A stretch of 64,000 nucleotides of DNA from Tepidiformaceae bacterium (GTDB lineage: Bacteria > Chloroflexota > Dehalococcoidia > Tepidiformales > Tepidiformaceae). The position numbers and the translations under genes were made by a program. The notes under the pieces were generated by a model that made no database searches, was not told where the DNA came from, and saw only the letters and a list, made by a program, of their open reading frames with translations. The DNA is taken from NCBI GenBank assembly GCA_965203545.1, contig OZ241899.1:1358291-1422290 (forward strand), read 5' to 3'. Within the stretch, counting starts at the first letter, position 1, and each line of letters begins with the position of its first letter. Below are positions 25,087 through 32,250 of the stretch, in pieces.

Positions 25087-25130
25087 GTCAAGTATCCTTG
25101 ACACGCCATCGCCTGTCAAGTTTCCTTTAC
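25087..25130 (-). promoter_or_regulatory. Promoter (TTGACA-N17-GATACT on the minus strand) overlapped by two 16-bp operator-like sites
   Basis: Site 1 is GTCAAGTATCCTTGAC (25087-25102), a perfect 6-bp inverted repeat over the -10/TSS. Site 2 is GTCAAGTTTCCTTTAC (25115-25130), over the -35. The sites are 28 bp apart. Confidence 0.45.
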
Positions 25131-25222
25131 AAACTCGCCTCTTGAACGTGATCGGCGGGGCCATCGCGGGCCGGGGAAACCCGGTAGACTGCGCGCACTT
25201 CTGACGGACGGTGATTTCGCGC

Positions 25223-26188
25223 ATGAAGATCGGACTGTGCCTGCCCCAGCTGAATCCCCACGCGGACCGCACGGCGGTCCTCGGTTTCTCCCGGAACGCC
25301 GAGGCCGCGGGCTTCGACTCGCTCTGGGTCCAGGACCACTTCATGGTCCCGGAGGACGGGCAGGTCGGGTACGCGGGCGGCCCCAAAGAGGTCAAGATGC
25401 CGGACCCGTACCGCTGCATGCTCTCGCCCATCGAGTTGCTGGCGTTCGTGGCGGCGGCGACGGAGCGGGTGCAGATCGGGACTTCGATCCTGGTGACGGC
25501 GTACTACCGGCCGCTCCTGCTGGCGAAGCGCCTGACGACGCTCGACATCCTCTCGGGCGGGCGCGTAATCGCGGGCCTGGGGCTCGGCTGGAGCAAGGAC
25601 GAGTACGACCACATGGATACGCCCTTCACCCAGCGCGGGGCGCGCATGACGGACTTCGTGCGGGCCCTGAAGGCGAGCTGGCTGCCGGACCCGGTCGAGT
25701 ACCACGGCGAGTTCTTCGACATCCCCAGGTGCGACAGCTCGCCGAAGCCGGTCCAGCGGAACGCGGCGGGCGAGCCGCAGATCGAGATCGCGATGGGCGG
25801 CGGCGGCAACCCGCAGGGTCAACGCCGCATCGCGGAGCTGGCCGACGCCTGGAACCCGGCGGGCGCGCCACCGGAGATGGTGATGCAGGGGATGGCCGGG
25901 CTGAACGCCCTCGCCGCCGAGTACGGCCGCGGGCCGCTGAAGAACTACATGCGCATCTTCGCGAACCCGACGATGCCGGGCATCGAGCCCTGGCACGGCG
26001 GCTTCTTTGGGCCGATGTCGTGGAGCGGCACGGTCGAGGACATGAAGCCGAAGGTCGAGGAGGCGAAGGAGGCGGGGATCGAGCACGTCATCATCGAGAC
26101 CGGGTTCTGGGAGCCCTGCCCGAGCCCGCAGAACTGGATCGACCAGGTCGACTTCTTCGCACCGCTCGTCGAACTGGCGCACGACTAG
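25223..26188 (+). CDS. LLM-class (luciferase-like) flavin/F420-dependent oxidoreductase
   Basis: MKIGLCLPQ..., AEAAGFDSLWVQDHF and LDILSGGRVIAGLGLGW are typical of the luciferase-like monooxygenase family. Confidence 0.85.
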   Translation: MKIGLCLPQLNPHADRTAVLGFSRNAEAAGFDSLWVQDHFMVPEDGQVGYAGGPKEVKMPDPYRCMLSPIELLAFVAAATERVQIGTSILVTAYYRPLLLAKRLTTLDILSGGRVIAGLGLGWSKDEYDHMDTPFTQRGARMTDFVRALKASWLPDPVEYHGEFFDIPRCDSSPKPVQRNAAGEPQIEIAMGGGGNPQGQRRIAELADAWNPAGAPPEMVMQGMAGLNALAAEYGRGPLKNYMRIFANPTMPGIEPWHGGFFGPMSWSGTVEDMKPKVEEAKEAGIEHVIIETGFWEPCPSPQNWIDQVDFFAPLVELAHD

Positions 26189-26218
26189 AGCGCCGGAGCG
26201 CACTGAAGGGATACCGCC

Positions 26219-27322
26219 ATGAGCCAGTACGGGCTGACGAACTTCGACGAACACCCCGTGCACCAGATCACGGAAGCGTTCGGCTCCGTCTCCGCGACGG
26301 ACAAGCATTGGAACGACGGGCACTACATCTGCCTGTGCGACATGGACGGCAATGTCCAGATGATCGGGCTGGTGCGGCTCTACACGAACAACGACGTGAT
26401 CGACGGGTTCGTGTGCATTCGGCACAAGGGCAAGCAGCACAACATCCGGCTCTCACGCCGGCTGCGGTCGGATATGAACACGATCGGGATCGGACCGCTG
26501 CGGATCGAGATCGTGGAGCCGATGCAGACGGTGCGGCTGGTGCTCGAGGAGAACGAGCACGGCATCTCCTGCGACCTCACCTGCCGGTCGACGGCGGTTC
26601 CCTATGAGGACCAGCCCTCCTACGTGCGCGAGAACGGGCGTTTCACGCGCTCGCGAGCCGTGTACGAGGTCGTGGGGACGGTCGAGGGGTCGGTGACGGT
26701 GGCGGGGGAGACGTACACGGCGACACCGGACAAGTGGTTCTTCTTCCGGAACCACTCCTGGGGCTCGATGCCGGGGAGGGGCGGTCCGCAGGAACACGGC
26801 GCGCCCTCGCAGTTCCGGCGGGAGCGGACGCAGGCGCTCCGCCAGTGGGTCCTGTTCAACATGCCGGACCACGGCGGCTTCTATCAGACCATGGACCGCA
26901 ACGACGGTGTTCGCCTTCAACAGGAGGGCGCCATCCTGCTTCCCGACTCACAGGTCGAAGTCACCGAGGTCGAACACGACCTTGAGTTCTATGCGGACGG
27001 GCCCAAGCGGGTGAAGTCCGGGAGTTTCGCCCTGACGGACGAAAACGGGACCAAGCGGGAGTACGAGCTTGAGGACCTGGGCTGGGTGTACTGCCAGGGC
27101 GGGGGCTACTTCGGTGGCTTCAACGACGGCCTGGGTCAGGGCGTCTGGCGCGGTGAGTATCATGTCGAGGGCGAGGTGTGGGACGCCTCGCACCCACAGA
27201 AGATCGTCGAGGAAGACGGCACGGAGAAAGAGTTCGACCACGCGTGGGCGGAGAGCTTCACGCTGCTGCGGAGCGGCGATGACGTGGGTCTCGCGCACTT
27301 CGAGGCGGTGGTCTTCGAGTAA
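26219..27322 (+). CDS. Conserved hypothetical protein (367 aa, no motif I can name)
   Basis: Long ORF with strong GC3 bias and a normal amino-acid composition, tightly packed between the LLM and epimerase genes. Confidence 0.6.
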   Translation: MSQYGLTNFDEHPVHQITEAFGSVSATDKHWNDGHYICLCDMDGNVQMIGLVRLYTNNDVIDGFVCIRHKGKQHNIRLSRRLRSDMNTIGIGPLRIEIVEPMQTVRLVLEENEHGISCDLTCRSTAVPYEDQPSYVRENGRFTRSRAVYEVVGTVEGSVTVAGETYTATPDKWFFFRNHSWGSMPGRGGPQEHGAPSQFRRERTQALRQWVLFNMPDHGGFYQTMDRNDGVRLQQEGAILLPDSQVEVTEVEHDLEFYADGPKRVKSGSFALTDENGTKREYELEDLGWVYCQGGGYFGGFNDGLGQGVWRGEYHVEGEVWDASHPQKIVEEDGTEKEFDHAWAESFTLLRSGDDVGLAHFEAVVFE

Positions 27323-27364
27323 CGGACGGCGGGCGTACGCAGCCAGTCGCACGGAGGGAAGGCG

Positions 27365-28399
27365 ATGAAGGCGTTGGTATTCGGCGGGTCCACGTTCGTG
27401 GGGCTGCGCACCGTGAAGGAACTGGCCGCGCGCGGTCACGAGGTGACCGTGCTGAACCGGGGCGTGACCTCGGTCGACCTGCCTCCGGGGACGGAGCGGC
27501 TGGTTGCCGACCGGACGGACAACGAGTCGATGAAGGCCGCGCTCGGCGGCCGCGAGTTCGACGCGGTGTTCGACATCTCCGGGTTTGTGATGGTGGCGGG
27601 CAAGTCGGACCTGGATTTCCTCATCGACCTGCTCGACGGGAACATCGGGCACTACGTCTACTGCAGCTCGATCATGTGCTACGAGCCGTCGGGGAACATG
27701 CCCTGGCCGGAGACGAACGCGTACACGGACCAACCCCGGGACACCTACGGGGGATTCAAGGCGTACACCGAGAAGCGGCTGTTCGAGCAGCACCGGAAGA
27801 CGGGTTTCCCGGTGACGGCCGTGCGGCCCGCGGCGATCTACGGGCCGAACAACAACATCTACGACATGGAGGCGCCGATGTTCCTTCGCCTCCTGCGGGG
27901 CCTTCCCATCCTGATCCCGCACGAGGGGTTGGTCACCTGTTCTTACGGGCACGTGGACGACCTGGTGCGGTTCCAGATAGACATCGCCGGACAGGACGTG
28001 GCCAAGGGCGAGGCGTTCAACCTGACGAACGAAGGGGTAACGACCCAGTACTACGTGGAGACGCTGGCCGACATCGTGGGGAAGCCGGCGGACATCGTGT
28101 ATATCCCCGAGGACAAGCTGCCGGACATGGGATTCAACTGGCGTCAGCCGGAGAACAAGCCGGTGTTCGGCCACCTCTTCGGGCGCATGCACCATTCCGT
28201 GCTGAGCATCCGCAAGGCGGAGACCCTGATGGGCTTCCAGAACGAGTACGACTTCCGCAGCGGGCACGCCCATACCTTCGAGTGGTTCATGGAGGAGGGC
28301 ATGGACTACATCGGAGAGAACCCGAAGGACCCGCTCTGGGGCGGAGGCTGGGACTTCGAGCGCGAGGCGGAGGCTGCTGCGGCGCTCCGCGGCAGCTAG
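27365..28399 (+). CDS. NAD-dependent epimerase/dehydratase family (extended SDR) protein
   Basis: MKALVFGGSTFVGLRTVKELAARGHEVTVLNRG, and YGGFK (YxxxK). Confidence 0.85.
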   Translation: MKALVFGGSTFVGLRTVKELAARGHEVTVLNRGVTSVDLPPGTERLVADRTDNESMKAALGGREFDAVFDISGFVMVAGKSDLDFLIDLLDGNIGHYVYCSSIMCYEPSGNMPWPETNAYTDQPRDTYGGFKAYTEKRLFEQHRKTGFPVTAVRPAAIYGPNNNIYDMEAPMFLRLLRGLPILIPHEGLVTCSYGHVDDLVRFQIDIAGQDVAKGEAFNLTNEGVTTQYYVETLADIVGKPADIVYIPEDKLPDMGFNWRQPENKPVFGHLFGRMHHSVLSIRKAETLMGFQNEYDFRSGHAHTFEWFMEEGMDYIGENPKDPLWGGGWDFEREAEAAAALRGS

Positions 28400-28410
28400 C
28401 GCGAGCGCCC

Positions 28411-28866
28411 ATGCCGGAGCCAAAACGCCCAACCGTCGACGAGGTGCTCGCGGGGGCGGTTCACACGATCGAGAACCAGCTTCTCCCCAACCTGGAGGAC
28501 ACGTGGGCGCGGGCGGCGGCAAGCCAGCTGATGGGCACGCTTGAGTATGCGCGCGGGCTGCTCGCCACCGACGAGCACGTCGACGCGCAGGTCGACGCGG
28601 TGGAGGCGGTCATCGCCGACCTGTTGCGGGACCACCCCGTCCTGGAGGCGGTGCTGGAGGGGAGCGGGGGCGAGACGCGCGGGTTCACGGTGCTGGACCA
28701 GGCGAGCCGGCTGCTGAGCCACGCCGTCGCGAACGACTCGGCGGAGGCGGACGCCATCCGGGAGCAGTTGCGCCCGCTCATCGTCCAGCAGGCGACAGAC
28801 ACCCTGAACGAGACGATGCCGATGCTGATGGCATTCGGCGGGAGGCCGCGCCGTGTTGAACGTTGA
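28411..28866 (+). CDS. Hypothetical helical protein (151 aa)
   Basis: ATG at 28411 inside a longer shadow ORF. It has coding-like GC3 and its 3' end overlaps the downstream kinase start by 14 nt. Confidence 0.5.
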   Translation: MPEPKRPTVDEVLAGAVHTIENQLLPNLEDTWARAAASQLMGTLEYARGLLATDEHVDAQVDAVEAVIADLLRDHPVLEAVLEGSGGETRGFTVLDQASRLLSHAVANDSAEADAIREQLRPLIVQQATDTLNETMPMLMAFGGRPRRVER

Positions 28867-29839
28867 GGTCGCGCGGCCCCAGATAGCGGCGTACCTGTCC
28901 GCGAAGCTGTCGTCGGACGGCGGCGTGGAGGTGGGTCCGCTGGAGCGCATCACGATCGGGCACTCGCGCGGGATGTTCCGGGTGAACGCGAGCTACCAAC
29001 AAGGCGGGGAGGCGGTGGAGCGGTCGTTCGCGCTGCGGGTGGAGCAGGCGGGGATGTTCGGGACGAACACGCTTGACGAGGTGCGCACGATGCGGTCGAT
29101 GCGGGCGGCGGGGTTCCCCGTGGCCAACATCCGCTTCGTGGAGTTCGACCCGGCGGTCATCGGGACGCCGTTCTTCGTGATGGACTGGGTGGAGGGGAGC
29201 AGCGGGCCGCCGAACGACGCGGCCCTGCGCGACTACGTGACGAAGCTGCACGAGCTCCACCAGATCGACTGGCGGAAGAAGGAGGTCCCGTTCGCGCGCA
29301 TCCCCTCGGTGCCCATCGACGCGGTCCACCAGCAGGTCGACCGCTGGATGGACGTTCATCGCTGGGGCCGGGTGCTACCGGAGCCACTGCTGGAAGAGGC
29401 GGCGACGTGGCTGAAGCGGAATGCCCCGGACGACCTGCATCTCACGCTGGTGCATGGCGACCCGGGCCCGCTGAACTTCATCCACAAGGGCGACGAGGTG
29501 CAGGCGTTCACGGACTGGGAGTTCTCGCACATCGGGGACCCGAACGAGGACTGGCTCTTCCTGGGCGGGATGCGGGGACGGGGGGTGATGGAGCCGCCAC
29601 AGTGGCGCGAGTACATCGCGGATGTGACGGGACACGTCATCACGAAGGAGACGTGGGCCTACTGGGACGTGTTCAACCAGTTCAAGGGGGCGTGCGCCAA
29701 CACGTCGGCGCTTCGCATCTTCATCACCGGGGCGAACCCGGCGCCGAACATGGCGGCCATCGGGACGGCGCTGAAGCTCTCAATGGTTCAGCACCTCTCC
29801 ACTATCATCGGCATGTCATACGCCCGGGAGGGCGAGTAA
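28853..29839 (+). CDS. APH-fold phosphotransferase (ACAD10/11-N-terminal-like kinase family)
   Basis: FALRVEQ..., FFVMDWVEG and the catalytic loop LVHGDPGPLNFI, followed by FTDWEFSHIGDPNEDW (DxE...D). Confidence 0.8.
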   Translation: MLNVEVARPQIAAYLSAKLSSDGGVEVGPLERITIGHSRGMFRVNASYQQGGEAVERSFALRVEQAGMFGTNTLDEVRTMRSMRAAGFPVANIRFVEFDPAVIGTPFFVMDWVEGSSGPPNDAALRDYVTKLHELHQIDWRKKEVPFARIPSVPIDAVHQQVDRWMDVHRWGRVLPEPLLEEAATWLKRNAPDDLHLTLVHGDPGPLNFIHKGDEVQAFTDWEFSHIGDPNEDWLFLGGMRGRGVMEPPQWREYIADVTGHVITKETWAYWDVFNQFKGACANTSALRIFITGANPAPNMAAIGTALKLSMVQHLSTIIGMSYAREGE

Positions 29840-29852
29840 GGGAGACACGAAC

Positions 29853-30269
29853 ATGGCGGGACAGCAAGAGATCGACACAGCCACCGAACTGTTCAAGGCG
29901 TGGAGCAGCGGCGACGCGGACGCGCCCGGGCCCTTCTTCGCGGAGGAGTGCATCCTGCGCGACATCGTGGCGGGCGAGGACAAGGTCGGCTGGCCGGCCA
30001 TCCGCGAGTTCTTCGCGGGGGGCCTGGAGGGCGCGCCCGACCTGGCGCTCATCCCGGAGAAGTTCTGGACGGCCGACGACGGCGTGGCCTTCACGTGGCG
30101 CATGAGCGCGACCGTCACGCACGAGGCGTTCGGAGCGGAGCACAAGGGCAAGAAGTGGTATTCCGACGGGATGACCTACCTGGAGTTCGACGACGCGGGC
30201 AAGGTCACGCTCGAAGTGGACTACCACCACGGCGGCGCGATGCTGCGCTCGCTGGAGAGCCAGTCCTAG
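29853..30269 (+). CDS. SnoaL-like / NTF2-fold protein
   Basis: 138 aa. ELFKAWSSGDADA...FAEECILRD...TYLEFDDAGKVTLEVDY is a typical SnoaL_2 pattern. Confidence 0.7.
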   Translation: MAGQQEIDTATELFKAWSSGDADAPGPFFAEECILRDIVAGEDKVGWPAIREFFAGGLEGAPDLALIPEKFWTADDGVAFTWRMSATVTHEAFGAEHKGKKWYSDGMTYLEFDDAGKVTLEVDYHHGGAMLRSLESQS

Positions 30270-30291
30270 GCGTTCGAGAGGACCCCGGTTC

Positions 30292-31209
30292 CTAGATCAG
30301 GCCCGAGCCGCGGAGGCGCGGGTCGAGGACGTCGCGGATGGAATCGCCGAAGAAGTTGAAGGCGAGGACCGCGAGGGCGAGGGCGGCGCCGGGGAAGATC
30401 ACGAGCCACCAGGCGAGCCGGAAGTAGGGGCGGTTACTGGGGCCGAGGTCCTGGGCCCAGGAAGGCGTGCCCGGCTCCAGGCCGAGGCCGAGGAAGGTGA
30501 GCCCCGCCTCCGCGAGCATTGCGGCGGGAATGGTGATGCTGGCGGCCACAATGACCAGCGGCGCGAGGTTGGGCAGGATGTGGCGGAACATGATGCGCCC
30601 ACCGGAGGCGCCGATCACCCGCGCGGCCTCCACATAGGTGACTGACCGCTCCTGGATCACGTTGCCCCGGAACAGCCGGATGGCGATGGGCGTGAAGGTG
30701 AAGGCCACCGAGAACATGAGCGTCTGCACGCTGCGATCAATGGCGGTGGTAAACATGAGGAGCCATAAGATGGCCGGTACGGCGATGATGATCTCAATTA
30801 AGCGCGAGATCACAACATCGACGATGCCCCCCAGGAAGCCAGCAGCCAGTGCGAGCACGATGGCCGCCCCCATGGTGATGGCGACCGCGCCGAAACCGAT
30901 GAGCAGCGTGGGGCGGCCCCCGTAGAGCACGCGCGACCAGACGTCTCGCCGGCTTCGGTCGGTGCCGAAGAAGTTGTCGCCGTTGGGGGCGTCGAGAGGG
31001 CCCGCTTCGCGGATGGAGGTCTTGGGGTCAACGGTGTTGAGCTGCCCCGCGAACACGGAGCCGACAATCATGACGATGATGATGATGGCGCCGACCGTGC
31101 CGAGCGGCTGCGTGCGGACAAAACGGGCGAAGGCGGTGAGCCCCCTGCGGGCGGCATTCGGTCGTGCCTCGAGGCCGAGAGAGCCGGCGACTTCTTCAGC
31201 GGTTGTCAC
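30292..31209 (-). CDS. ABC transporter permease, DppC/OppC type
   Basis: EAARVIGASGGRIMFRHILPN (EAA loop) and multiple TM segments. The GTG start at 31209 has GGAG 9 nt upstream. The longer track start would overlap the upstream gene. Confidence 0.85.
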   Translation of the reverse strand: MTTAEEVAGSLGLEARPNAARRGLTAFARFVRTQPLGTVGAIIIIVMIVGSVFAGQLNTVDPKTSIREAGPLDAPNGDNFFGTDRSRRDVWSRVLYGGRPTLLIGFGAVAITMGAAIVLALAAGFLGGIVDVVISRLIEIIIAVPAILWLLMFTTAIDRSVQTLMFSVAFTFTPIAIRLFRGNVIQERSVTYVEAARVIGASGGRIMFRHILPNLAPLVIVAASITIPAAMLAEAGLTFLGLGLEPGTPSWAQDLGPSNRPYFRLAWWLVIFPGAALALAVLAFNFFGDSIRDVLDPRLRGSGLI

Positions 31210-31223
31210 GGCGGCGGCTCCGA

Positions 31224-32173
31224 TCAGTACCGAATGCGCGGGTCGACCCACGCATAGGCGATGTCGACGAGCAGGGTGATGAGGAGGAACCAGGTGGCGA
31301 AGACGACGACCACCGCCTGGATGATCATGAAGTCGCGCTCACCAACGGCGGAGATGACCCAGAGACCCATGCCGGGGATGTTGAAGATGCTCTCTCCATG
31401 ATGACGGAGCCGCCCAGCACCAGGCTGAACTGGAGACCGATGATGGTGAAGAGCGCGATCATGGACGGACGGAAGACGTGACGCGAGACGACGGCGGACT
31501 CGCGCAGTCCCTTGGCGCGGGCGGTCCGCACCTGGTCGCTTCGCAGCACCTCGAGCATGGAGGAGCGCACGATTCGGGCGATGGTGCCACCGCCTGCGAG
31601 GGCGATGATGAACGCGGGAATGGCGAGTATCTGGAGATGCGTCCAGGGCTCTTCCCAGCCGACCCAGTCAGGCGCGACCCGCACCCCCCACCAGACGGCC
31701 GGGAAGATGACCACGAGGGTCGCAATCCAGAAGCTGGGGACGGAAAGTCCCATGACGGCGAGGAACCGCAGGACGTAGTCGGATATCTTCCCCGACCTGA
31801 CCGCGGAGACCATCCCCACGGGGATGCCGATCAGGAGGGTAAACGCGATGGAGAGCAGGCCTATCTGGGCCGTGTTCCAGATTCGCTTTCCGATCTCCTC
31901 GTTGATGTGGGCGCGCTGGGAGAGGGAGTAGCCGAAGTCACCGCGGAGGACGATGTCTCCCAGCCACTTGAAGTACTGGTTGACCTTGTTCTCGTTGAGG
32001 CCTAGCTCTTCCCGGACCACATCGAAGCACTGCTGGTCGAAGTTGCCGGCGGCTCCACATCGGACGTCGGCGGCATCGCCGGGGACCGCCCGCATGAAGA
32101 TGAACACGATGATGGAGATAACGATGAGCGTGAAGGGAACGAGCAGCAGCCGGCGAATGATGTACGCCTGCAT
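31224..32173 (-). pseudogene. ABC transporter permease, DppB/OppB type, interrupted by a frameshift at a (GA)3 repeat
   Basis: The track ORF (start MQAYIIRRLLL at 32173) ends in nonsense (...GGSVIMERASSTSPAW*). Shifting frame after atggag restores a canonical C-terminus: SIFNIPGMGLWVISAVGERDFMIIQAVVVVFATWFLLITLLVDIAYAWVDPRIRY* (stop 31226-31224). The total length of 950 nt is not divisible by 3. Confidence 0.7.
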
Positions 32174-32250
32174 GACTCCTCCTCTCCTCCGTTCCCAGAA
32201 CCTCCGGTCCCCGACCACAGAGGCCGGGGACCGGGCACTCGCTTAGCCGG

